DNA of 64,000 nucleotides from Christensenellaceae bacterium (GTDB lineage Bacteria; Bacillota; Clostridia; Christensenellales; UBA1431): NCBI GenBank assembly GCA_963675355.2, contig CAXXMZ010000004.1, positions 1,077 to 65,076 of the forward strand, read 5' to 3'. Shown piece by piece: positions 55,260 to 64,000 of this stretch (position 1 is its first letter; each line of letters starts with the position of its first letter). The notes under the pieces were generated by a model. It saw only the letters and a program-made list of their open reading frames with translations, ran no database searches and was not told where the DNA came from. The position numbers and the translations under genes were made by a program.

Positions 55260-56810
55260 ATGTTGAAACCGCCGTATTTTATGGGAATTGATGGAGGAAC
55301 GGGAAGTATTCGAGTAACTATTTTTGACAAGGATGGAAACAACCTAGGTGGCAAGGTGTCGGAGTATAATACATATTATCCTAAAAGCGGTTGGGCTGAG
55401 CAGAGCCCTGAGGAATGGTGGACATCGCTGAAGGAAGCAGTACCAGGAGCAATTCAAGCTGCTGGAATAAAAGCTAGTGATATCAAGGCCATTGCGTGTG
55501 ATGCTACGACTAGTACAGTAGTGTTATTGGATAAACAACAAAAAGTTGTAAGGCCAGCAATCCTGTGGATGGACGTTCGCTCAGCAGATCAGGCAAAACG
55601 TATACATGAATCAAATCATAGGATGATTAAGTTTTACGCAGCGGGAGTGCCTGCTGAAAGCTTGGTTCCAAAGTGTTTATGGATTAAAGAGAATGAACCG
55701 GAGAATTGGGATAAGTCGGATGTGGTTTTTGAATATACTAACTGGCTTAACTGGAAGTTGACGGGAAATATCAATGCAAACATATCTGTAAACGCACTGC
55801 GCTGGTTCTATGACGAACCGCAGGGAGGTTACCAAAAAGATTTCTATGAAGCTATTGGCTTGGGCGACATTATGGAAAAATTCCCTAGCAATGTATTGCA
55901 CCTTGGTGAGGTTCAGGGAAAAGTTACCAAAGAAGCAGCTAAAATTCTAGGGCTCGTTGAAGGTACGGTTGTAGGTGAAGGTGCTTTTGATGCCTGTGCA
56001 GCGATGGTTGGAATCAACGTTGTTGAGCCTGGTGCAATAGCAATGATTAGTGGTTCATCAACACCGTTGTTTGGTCTTTCTCCAGTAGAAATACACAATA
56101 AGGGTATCAATGGAGCGTATCCAAATTGTCTTTTGCCAGGAACTAGCCTGGTAGAAGGTGGGCAGGTTTCAACTGGTTCTATAAAAACTTGGTTTAAGAA
56201 TAACTTGTTACCTAAGGAATGGGAAGAAGAAGCTAAAAAACGAGGAGTTAGCGTTTATAAGGTAATCGATGAAAAAGCTGACGAGATTCCTCCGGGGTCA
56301 GAAGGTTTGATTCTGCTTGATTACTTCCAAGGGAATCGTACGCCATACGCAGATTCTCTTGCTAGAGGTGCGATTTGGGGGCTCTCCTTGTCGCATGGAC
56401 CAGCCCATATCGCACGTGCAATCAATGAGGGAGTTGCTTATGGTGCTGAGCATTGCTTTAGGGCAATGGACGAAGCTGGTTATAAGGTCAATAAGATCGT
56501 TGCTTGTGGAGGGATATTGCAAAGTCCTGTATGGATGCAAATACATGCTGATGTTTGTGGACAGCCAATTTACACAACAAAGGAAGTCCAAGCTGAGGCT
56601 TGTCTAGGGGATGCAATTATTGCTGCTGCGACAGTAGGAGAATATGATTCTATACCAGAGGCAGCTGCTAATATGGTTAAATTGGATAAGGTTTATGAAC
56701 CAAATATGGAGAGGCATGAAGAATATAAATTCTTTGTTCAGAAATATATTGATACATGGCCGCAGTTACGCCAACTTGTACATGAAACAGTAACTCATGT
56801 AAATAAATAG
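55260..56810 (+). CDS. FGGY-family carbohydrate kinase (pentulose/ribulokinase-like)
   Basis: FMGIDGGTGSIRV, ILWMDVR and ..GGI.QSP.WMQI.ADV. ATG 55260 follows agaggagg. Confidence 0.85.
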   Translation: MLKPPYFMGIDGGTGSIRVTIFDKDGNNLGGKVSEYNTYYPKSGWAEQSPEEWWTSLKEAVPGAIQAAGIKASDIKAIACDATTSTVVLLDKQQKVVRPAILWMDVRSADQAKRIHESNHRMIKFYAAGVPAESLVPKCLWIKENEPENWDKSDVVFEYTNWLNWKLTGNINANISVNALRWFYDEPQGGYQKDFYEAIGLGDIMEKFPSNVLHLGEVQGKVTKEAAKILGLVEGTVVGEGAFDACAAMVGINVVEPGAIAMISGSSTPLFGLSPVEIHNKGINGAYPNCLLPGTSLVEGGQVSTGSIKTWFKNNLLPKEWEEEAKKRGVSVYKVIDEKADEIPPGSEGLILLDYFQGNRTPYADSLARGAIWGLSLSHGPAHIARAINEGVAYGAEHCFRAMDEAGYKVNKIVACGGILQSPVWMQIHADVCGQPIYTTKEVQAEACLGDAIIAAATVGEYDSIPEAAANMVKLDKVYEPNMERHEEYKFFVQKYIDTWPQLRQLVHETVTHVNK

Positions 56811-56835
56811 CATGTTTATGTAGAGTTTTTTGTGA

Positions 56836-56862
56836 AAAAGCCCCAAATTTTGGGGCTTTTTA
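56836..56862 (+). terminator. Rho-independent terminator
   Basis: aaaagcccca / tggggctttt with a T-run. Confidence 0.8.
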
Positions 56863-56962
56863 CTTGGGAATAGCAAGTAGAGAAGCGTTGACAATGTAGC
56901 TATTACTGATAAAATGAGGGGGGATGTAAGGTTGACAAAATATTATTTACGGAGGGTTTTCG

Positions 56963-57880
56963 ATGCCATTAGACAACCGAGATATGATAAAAGTAGCACA
57001 TTATTACTATAATTTTGGGTTTAATCAGCAACAGGTCGCGGATAAATTCGGTATGTCGAGGCAACGAGTTAACAGGCTTTTAAAGCAAGCGCTCGTTGAA
57101 GGTGTTGTAGAAATAAAAGTTCGAGATTTGTCAAATGCAAAATTAGAAAGCAAATTAGAAATAGAATTTGGGTTAAAGGAAGCCGTCGTTGCGGACAATA
57201 GCGATATCTCTAATGAGTCAGTAAAATATTTAAAAAGTATTGTTAAAGACGGTTGGAACATAGGTGTTGCAAGTAGTACGACTATAGCAAAGATGTTACG
57301 TGATGCTCCCTTAGAAACAAAAAAGCATGATGTTAGAGTTGTTCAGTTGATGGGTGGGATGAATACGGCAAATACTTCTATACGACCAGATGTCATAACA
57401 GTTAAGCTGGCTAATGTTTTTGGGGGTGAAGCGCATGTTGTTTTTGCACCTGCAATTGTAGATAACCTCGATCTAGCGGAACTTATAATGAAAGAAAGCC
57501 AGTTTGAAAACATAAAGATGATGTATTCAAATTTAAACGTTGCTTTGGTAACGGTGGGTGTTTTAAAAGAGGATACTATGCTAGTTGATGCGGGATACTT
57601 GAGTAAGTCTGATTATGATATGCTTAAAGAAAAGGATTGCATTGGGGATGTTGTAATGAGGTTTATTAATATGGAAGGAAAGATTGTTGATCCTGAATTT
57701 AATAAGCGTGTTATGAGTATTCCTTTTGAAGATTATTTAAGGACAGAATTACGCGTTGCTGTTGCTTACGGTGAGGAGAAGGTCAAGCCTATTATAGGAG
57801 CAATTAATGGGGATTTGATTAACGTGCTAATAACAGATACTGATACGGCGAAGCTTTTACTCGCATACAAAAAAGAGTAA
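56963..57880 (+). CDS. SorC/DeoR-type sugar-binding transcriptional regulator
   Basis: It has the N-terminal HTH YYYNFGFNQQQVADKFGMSRQRVNRLLKQA and a C-terminal sugar-phosphate-binding domain. Confidence 0.85.
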   Translation: MPLDNRDMIKVAHYYYNFGFNQQQVADKFGMSRQRVNRLLKQALVEGVVEIKVRDLSNAKLESKLEIEFGLKEAVVADNSDISNESVKYLKSIVKDGWNIGVASSTTIAKMLRDAPLETKKHDVRVVQLMGGMNTANTSIRPDVITVKLANVFGGEAHVVFAPAIVDNLDLAELIMKESQFENIKMMYSNLNVALVTVGVLKEDTMLVDAGYLSKSDYDMLKEKDCIGDVVMRFINMEGKIVDPEFNKRVMSIPFEDYLRTELRVAVAYGEEKVKPIIGAINGDLINVLITDTDTAKLLLAYKKE

Positions 57881-57956
57881 AAAATTTATTATATTTTGTT
57901 TATAATTTCATATACTGATTGTATTTATCAGAGATATTTTTGTTTAATAGAAGATA

Positions 57957-58253
57957 GTGAGTATGGAACAAGATAGATATGCTATTGAGCTTGAAAAAGC
58001 AATATTCAATTGGTATTACTGTGGTGGAGATGCAGCACCGCAATCTATTTTTAATGCAATCCATGCTGGTATAGATAATGACATGCAGGTGCTAATCCCA
58101 ATTGAAACTCTTGAAGCGATGCTTAAATCTATGGGGAATATAGAGGATGTTAAGGCAGGACATGTATTTTCTACGGATGAAGACGTACAAATTAAATTTC
58201 ACCATTTGGTTGCGAATGAACGGGCAGAATCAAAAGAAAGTTTATTATCCTGA
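57957..58253 (+). CDS. Hypothetical protein, possibly 3'-truncated at the inverted repeat
   Basis: 98 aa. The ORF ends 3 nt before the right copy of the inverted repeat. Confidence 0.35.
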   Translation: MSMEQDRYAIELEKAIFNWYYCGGDAAPQSIFNAIHAGIDNDMQVLIPIETLEAMLKSMGNIEDVKAGHVFSTDEDVQIKFHHLVANERAESKESLLS

Positions 58254-58255
58254 TT

Positions 58256-58315
58256 ATCAAAACTACCCAAATCCTACAAATATTTAGCTTGTCCTATAGT
58301 GAAAGTCTCATATCA
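58256..58315 (-). repeat. Right copy of the inverted repeat pair (partner at 8068-8128)
   Basis: See 8068-8128. Confidence 0.6.
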
Positions 58316-58614
58316 ATTCCACATTAAATCTTATAGTGAATCACTTGAAAAATGTTAATTTAAAAATGAATGTAAACTTGGAAAACAGTCTAAAGATCAG
58401 TATTATAGTCCAATAATTGTGATTACAACAACTCGATTATATTATTATGCGTCATGGCAATATAAAGTTTACTTTTTTGTCATTGTTGATATGGCGGTAC
58501 TTAGCAGTTCCGATGAGTTTCGTAATGCTATACGGATTCAAAACAGATTAACAGGTTATAATCGGATAGCTCAGCTTATATCAGTGCAATAAATTACAGA
58601 AAGGAGTTGAAGTG

Positions 58615-59112
58615 ATGACGATTCAAGGCATCAGCTCTATTGCGTCAACGTTTAGAAACAGTTATTTTTCTTCCAAAAACCTAAGTGTGCAGAGTGATGA
58701 AACCCAGCAGTCAAATGTACAGGAAATAGACGGCCCGCCGCCAGGGCCATCACCGTCAGCACCACCTGAACTTAATATCGATACGGACGGGGACGATCTT
58801 TGGAGCGAGTCTGAGATGAGTATGTTCTCGGAAAATATGGGATTGTCGATTGATACGAGCGAAATTATTAGCATGTATGACACGGACGGAGACGGTAAAA
58901 TTAGCGCTGAAGAAGAAAAGGCAATGGCCGAAGATAATGCGTTTAATTTGTCTGCTCCGTCAGAAAGCTTAGGGTCAACTGAGGGAACGGTAAGCTCAGA
59001 GCAAACAGAAGTTCAGCATACATCCGAAATATTCAATCAAATGATGCTTGCATATATGCGAAGCGGTAGCGAACAGGAAGGATATTCTTCGCTGCTGGAT
59101 TTAGCACTGTAA
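58615..59112 (+). CDS. EF-hand calcium-binding motif protein
   Basis: DTDGDGKISAEEE is a canonical 12-residue loop. A second, weaker loop is DTDGDDLWSESE. Confidence 0.7.
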   Translation: MTIQGISSIASTFRNSYFSSKNLSVQSDETQQSNVQEIDGPPPGPSPSAPPELNIDTDGDDLWSESEMSMFSENMGLSIDTSEIISMYDTDGDGKISAEEEKAMAEDNAFNLSAPSESLGSTEGTVSSEQTEVQHTSEIFNQMMLAYMRSGSEQEGYSSLLDLAL

Positions 59113-59234
59113 AATTTAGGTTGAGTTTCCTATTATATTTTTGTTTATATCGAAGCACATGATATCTGGGAAAACATCGTACTAAGATTAAGATGATGAT
59201 GGCAGTACGCAGAAAAAACAAAGAAGGCAATGGT

Positions 59235-59268
59235 AAAAAGGCTGTGCAATTTATTGTACAGCCTTTTT
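59235..59268. terminator. Hairpin flanked by A- and T-runs
   Basis: aaaaaggctgt..acagccttttt. Confidence 0.5.
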
Positions 59269-59963
59269 GATATGCTAATAAATAAGGGGTGAGGATGTGG
59301 AGGAGATTATTAGGGTGAGGTTAATCATAGGCGGTATTTGTCTTTCAATAGTGTTGTTTTCAAGGGCTAGGGTATGGACAGTCTTTCAAAAATATTTCGG
59401 AATACATACAAAGAAAGGGATTGTATCCAATGTTTTGCATGCGCGATGTTAAGCAGTATTGATACCAAACCAGTGTGACGGCAGGTTGACCGACTGTTAC
59501 AATCTACGCAGTAAAACAATACAGTTGGCTGTGTTTGCTTTCATTGGAATAGTTGAGAAAAATATGGGATTGCTAAACATAGCAATATTCATTGTTTTGA
59601 TTGCTGTTGCTACTAGAGCGTTAGTGTTGCCGGTAGAGATGATGCAAGCAAGCGGGCATTGTGCTCAATGTAAAAGTCAGGATTGTTTACAGATTAGAAA
59701 TTTGAGGGCGCATAGAAAGTTCTTAGAGCTGCAGCGTTTACGTATGTTAGCTGGTCTATTTGATATGATACTCAAAATTTTGTTTGTGATTCTGGTAATT
59801 GTTATGAGCAGAAAATAAGAGAAAACAGATTAATGGGGGATAATATTGTTATAAACGTATTAATGCCATAGTAAAATTAGAAACGCTCAAATTTTTGAGC
59901 GTTTTAGTATATTAAGATATGCCTATTAGTCAATTCATATGTAATGGTTTTTTGATTGTATGG

Positions 59964-60695
59964 TTACGGCGCGTACATCTGCTCTACAAGTGTTACTCTT
60001 TCATTATCATCTACATGGATTTTATAGTAATGGGTTTTTAGGACTTTTTCTGGATCCACATGATATAAAGCATTAATATCGGAAAGCGTTGAAGGTGTAC
60101 CTTCTGCACCAGATACCATAGTGCCATCTGAATGATACATAAGTTTAATACTTACATTTCTTAGGTCGATTTCTCGCAGATTAGTACTGGTATTCTTCTT
60201 TACAAATTCACTGTCTGCATAGTTATTAACTTCTGTTTCTGCATCAAATTGAGTATAGCCTTCGTTTGCAATAAGCCATGCAATAGCTTCTTCGCCTTTT
60301 AGCATATCCCAGTAGTCAAATTTTGCGCTACCAGTTGCTGGATTGTAGGATACCATTGTTGCGTAACTCGTATACATTCTTGTTCCTGGATTTGTTGGCG
60401 TAGGTGAAGCTGATGCGCTCGATGAAGATGTTTCATTTGGTTGTTTTGAGGTGGACTCTGTCGAAATAATTGTATCAGATCGCTCGCTCATTGTATTAGT
60501 ATCTGTTGATTTGCCTATCATTGGTAAGACGGTAAATACAAACAGCAAAGCAAGAACTACAATTGTGGCACAAATAATGATAATAGATATTAAAATATTT
60601 TTCGGTTTTCTATCTTTAATATCTATTAGTTTCCCGCAATTTTGGCAAGTGGTACTATTTGCTTTTGTCTCTTTTTTACAATATGGACAAATCAT
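59964..60695 (-). CDS. Zinc-ribbon / single-TM protein with an extracellular Ser/Thr-rich linker and globular domain
   Basis: MICPYCKKE..CQNCG, the TM ILISIIIICATIVVLALLFVF, and an S/T/P-rich linker. ATG 60695 follows agagggtg. Confidence 0.6.
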   Translation of the reverse strand: MICPYCKKETKANSTTCQNCGKLIDIKDRKPKNILISIIIICATIVVLALLFVFTVLPMIGKSTDTNTMSERSDTIISTESTSKQPNETSSSSASASPTPTNPGTRMYTSYATMVSYNPATGSAKFDYWDMLKGEEAIAWLIANEGYTQFDAETEVNNYADSEFVKKNTSTNLREIDLRNVSIKLMYHSDGTMVSGAEGTPSTLSDINALYHVDPEKVLKTHYYKIHVDDNERVTLVEQMYAP

Positions 60696-60921
60696 ATTTC
60701 TTACACCCTCTTTCAAGTGCTAGTGTTTTTGTTATATACAATATACACTCCAAATTATAAGTATTCAACTTTAATTTTAATTATGATATTTAATCGTTAT
60801 GAATGGCGATATAATAATTTCTTAAAGCAGAGGGTATTGCTGTACAAGTAACATGGACATAAGTTAATGACGGGCAGGAAGCAGAAAACTGTTTGGACGA
60901 GAGGAAATCACTCTTGTTGTT

Positions 60922-61188
60922 TTGGATGTGATGCTCTCAAAAGAATGGCTGGGAGAGTATTATAAGACTTGTTTTTTAGAAGAAGAGCACATATTAGAAT
61001 TTGATAAAGAAAAGGACATAGGTATTCCTGAGGAATATTTGAGGAATGAACCTCGGGATTTGCCTAACTTCAACGATTTAAAGGTGACGATTATGGACGT
61101 TGGAAGAGGAAGAGCAGAAGAGATTGCTAATGAAATGTTAAACAGCAGCTTTAAGTTATTTGAGAATGAGCGCCTATCACTTTGGTAG
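60922..61188 (+). pseudogene. Scrap of a second RdRP/YonO-like polymerase gene (C-terminal ~85 codons)
   Basis: WLGEYYKT..LEFD..IPEEYLRNEPRDLPNFNDLKVTIMDVGRGRAEEIANEMLNSSFKLFENE aligns with WLGELYKT..LEFDMSIPEEYLRKKAEELPDIHDLTITIMGVEKEKAKEVAAEMLNNSFKIFVND at 11200-11410. Confidence 0.8.
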
Positions 61189-61510
61189 TAACTGAAAATG
61201 AAACTAAGAGTAACGTAACAGAGATAAAACACAAAAAATGACACTAAAGAAATGCAAACCCAATAAAATTGCGTGATTCATTATTATGCAGATTTTTCAT
61301 AGTAATGCATTAATATTGTCGATAAGTAGATTTTTTGCTATCTCTTTCACAAGTTTATTGAGTTGCGAACCATAATTTGACGCGCTTTTCGCAAAGGTCT
61401 CATCTCATTTTTTTAAATTCTCTCATTATCGCAAATCCTTAGGGCTTTTTTTTAATATATGTTCTAATTTTGGTTGTAGATAAGAGGCATTATAAAAAGA
61501 ATATTTTTAT

Positions 61511-62179
61511 TTATATGTTTATTTGTCCATCTACCAAAGTGATTATTTTTTTACTTTGTGCTGCAATCTCGTGATTATGTGTAACAAGGATAATAGTTGT
61601 TCCTTGATTGTTTATTTTTAAAAACCACTTCATTATTTCCTGCTCACTGACAGCGTCTAATGCAGCAGTGGGTTCATCTGCTAATAATACTTGGGGATTA
61701 TGACACATTGCTCTTGCAATAGCTACCCTTTGCTTTTGGCCTCCAGATAATTTACATACAGGTATATCCCGTTTTTCCTCGAGATTAAAATTATCTAACA
61801 TTTCTTTAACGGTATGACTAATAGTATTTTTTAATGTTTTCCTCAATTTTAAGGGTAGGGCAATGTTGTTGAAAACAGTTTCATCTTCCAGCAATGCATA
61901 ATTTTGAACAATCATGCCTATATTTTTTCGCCTATGAAGAAGACGTTCTTTGTTTGACGCACAACTCATATCTTTACCTTCAAACAGAAAGTTTCCGTTT
62001 TCAAAACTAATAAGACCAGCAATAATATTCATTAATGTACTTTTACCTGATCCGCTCCTTCCCATAAGGGAAACGAGATCTCCTTTTTCTATGGATAGAC
62101 TAATGTCATTTAATGCACAAATGTTTTGATTATTTAAGTGAAAAGTTTTTTCAACGTTGATTAATTCAATATAACTCAT
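61511..62179 (-). CDS. ABC transporter ATP-binding protein (MacB/BceA-like)
   Basis: Walker A GRSGSGKST, signature LSGGQKQRVAIARA, Walker B LLADEPT. Confidence 0.9.
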   Translation of the reverse strand: MSYIELINVEKTFHLNNQNICALNDISLSIEKGDLVSLMGRSGSGKSTLMNIIAGLISFENGNFLFEGKDMSCASNKERLLHRRKNIGMIVQNYALLEDETVFNNIALPLKLRKTLKNTISHTVKEMLDNFNLEEKRDIPVCKLSGGQKQRVAIARAMCHNPQVLLADEPTAALDAVSEQEIMKWFLKINNQGTTIILVTHNHEIAAQSKKIITLVDGQINI

Positions 62180-62194
62180 AATGGTTTCCTTTCA

Positions 62195-64000
62195 TTACCC
62201 AATATAGTCTTTTTTTAATATAGTATCTACATATAGACTTGAGATTAAAATAACGGATATGCTGCTAATTAATATAATTAAAATAGAATATTCAATTGAT
62301 ATAAAAGCCTCCGTTATGGATAAGGCCAGTAAATTAGCTAAGACGCAAAGAAGCAGTATACTTTTACTAATATCAAATACTATTTGTAAAAAGCTCGCAC
62401 CACAAATTAATAATACTTGATAATAATGTTTTTTTGCTTGATATATATAGTAGGACATCTGAGAAAACAGGGCAAATAATAATATTAAAAATGCGCTTAC
62501 TATAATGACTGCGGTGTTTATATACTGTTGACTAATACACTGTAAAAAATATGCGGAAGAAATCGGTATGCTAAGAAAGTCTAATTTATATACTCCATAT
62601 TCTTTTGTTATAGATTGTAGCCAACCATATAAATTTGCAAATTGGCTTTTATCGTTTAGAACGTATACTCCTTCAATTTTTGAAGTATATAGGGCAATTT
62701 GATGATATGCTTCATCTGATTTTGGTATAGGTTCATTAATATAATTTAGAGATGGCATCACTATTGTGGTATCTAATAATGTGGGATTCTCTTGATGAAT
62801 ATAATAGGAGTTTTCATTCAAGAAACCTACCACCACCAAAGAATAGTCCTTAAACAGATATTCAGCATTATTAATTGTATCTCCAATCTTATAAAATTGA
62901 CTATACGCACTGCCTAAAACTACAGGGATGGTCTCTTTGTTGTCACCAATATACTCATCTTGTGAAAAAAATCTGCCTGAATCTAATGCCAAATTATATA
63001 CTTCAAAGAAACTATTACTAACCTGAATAGCATTTAATATATTCCCATCTTTATCATAGTAAAAATCATCTGGAAACACAGTGTTGTCAATGGTAATATA
63101 TTGATCAATTATATCGTAGTATAAATAGTTTGGATTGGTACTCATCTCAGAATGCAAACTTTTTATTCTCTTTAAAAAGTTTGTATTAAGTAATTTCGAA
63201 AATTCTTCATTCGAAACTGTATCTGTTATAGAATAATACGATTTATTTGCTATACTTGAATAATTAGAATGAGCAGATGTTTTTGTATTATATGAAGAAT
63301 ATAAAACATTCGTAAAAATTAGTATTAATGCCGCACAAACTAACAATAATGCGCTTAATAATTTTATTGCTGCAGAAGGCTGTTTTTTTATCCTATCTCC
63401 TTGTTTTTTAATTGATAGAGTTAACGTTGTAATGATTATGGTAATGAGCATAACAACAAAACTAGCCAAAATAGCATAAGCAAATGGTAAAAATTAAAAA
63501 GATGTTTTTGTTGTATAAATCAAAATGAAGAAAGCAAGAATCATACCAAAAACTAAACCACAATATTTATTTAACATATGCTTTTTTAGCATATGAAAAG
63601 CAATCTGAATTTTTGTTGCACCGTTTATATTGTAAATTTGCATCTCGCTTTTTTTATTGTATATTTCAAAATAAATAAATAAAATAAATATTAATAAAGC
63701 GATTATTGAAAAGCAATCATATAAAAAAATTGAATTATAACTTGAAGAATAGAGTTTGTCCAATCCAATAGTTTTAAGCGTTAGCTTATCAATCTTAATG
63801 TCAGAGGATTGTAATGCGTCTACTGATTTTTCTACGCTGCTGTTTGTGCCATCAAGAGTAAAATTAAGATCATTTCCAAGGATGTTTTTAGCATTTCCTA
63901 GCGTAATCAAAATAGAATAATCCACAGTAGAAGGAACGGAATCAAGGCCCATAACCCCAATTACTTCATATTCTTTGTTTTGGATACTAATATATTTTTT
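62195..64000 (-). pseudogene. FtsX-family (BceB-like, double FtsX) permease with an in-frame TAA at 63494-63496; 5' end outside window
   Basis: ORFs 63494-64000+ and 62195-63469 are in the same frame, separated only by one TAA. Together they give ECD-FtsX TMs-TM-ECD-FtsX TMs. The frame is still open at the window edge (..YEVIGVMGLDSV). Confidence 0.7.

Noticed and set aside
8036..58315. Tn7-like or other transposon ends. The evidence was multiple direct GGTTAGATGT units and an inverted pair at 8.07 and 58.26 kb.
   Set aside because: I recognised no TnsA/B/C-type, DDE or other transposase gene between the repeats, and I could not identify terminal TG..CA ends or target-site duplications. Kept only as an unexplained inverted repeat.
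59300..59818. YidC/Oxa1-like insertase. ..NMGLLNIAIFIVLIAVATRALVLPVEMMQAS resembles the first YidC helix-loop.
   Set aside because: The similarity is limited to about 30 residues. The rest of ORF 59459-59818 does not continue the family pattern in any frame, so it is too weak to call even as a pseudogene.

Overview
This is low-G+C accessory DNA that looks like Firmicutes (Clostridia-like). I read it by eye from the ORF track and the raw sequence. All family names come from motif recognition, not from database searches.

**Map, left to right**
1. **1-8.0 kb.** The 3' part of an RHS/YD-repeat polymorphic toxin gene whose frame is broken about nine times. It is followed by three toxin-tip/immunity cassettes: one full, one orphan amidase-type, and one decayed.
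2. **8.1-26.3 kb.** An ~18-kb integrative element.
   - It has a full packaging/capsid module: TerS, TerL, portal, scaffold, major capsid and connectors.
   - It has no tail, lysis or lysogeny-control genes.
   - Its other genes are a cellular-RdRP/YonO-like two-barrel RNA polymerase, an SF2-like ATPase and a ParB-methyltransferase.
   - It has two recombinases: a tyrosine recombinase wedged between terS and terL, and a large serine recombinase at the right edge.
3. **26.6-33.8 kb.** A TasA/camelysin plus SipW-type fibre operon.
   - It contains a PilT-family ATPase with every catalytic signature mutated, a SipW fused to a polytopic membrane domain, and a bitopic membrane protein.
   - A CheY-CheC-PAS/GGDEF operon follows.
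4. **33.8-52.9 kb.** A junkyard of small cargo genes: GNATs, lipoproteins, MerR, AraC, VOC, YjbR, nitroreductase, and a G+C-richer hydrolase operon.
   - Seven co-oriented copies of a ~40-nt repeat punctuate it. The repeat looks like a serine-integrase att site sitting in the decayed 3' end of a TrmA/RumA-type methyltransferase gene.
   - The region also holds at least five serine-recombinase remnants and a second repeat family (GGTCAGGTTAGATGTC).
5. **53.3-57.9 kb.** A sugar/polyol kinase operon.
6. **58.3-64 kb.** Miscellaneous genes, including an EF-hand protein and a BceAB-like ABC transporter whose permease carries an in-frame stop.

A ~55-60 nt inverted repeat pair (8.07 kb and 58.26 kb) brackets sections 2-5. 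I found no rRNA, tRNA or CRISPR array.

Many genes carry single-base frame breaks. I cannot tell real decay from assembly error using this sequence alone.
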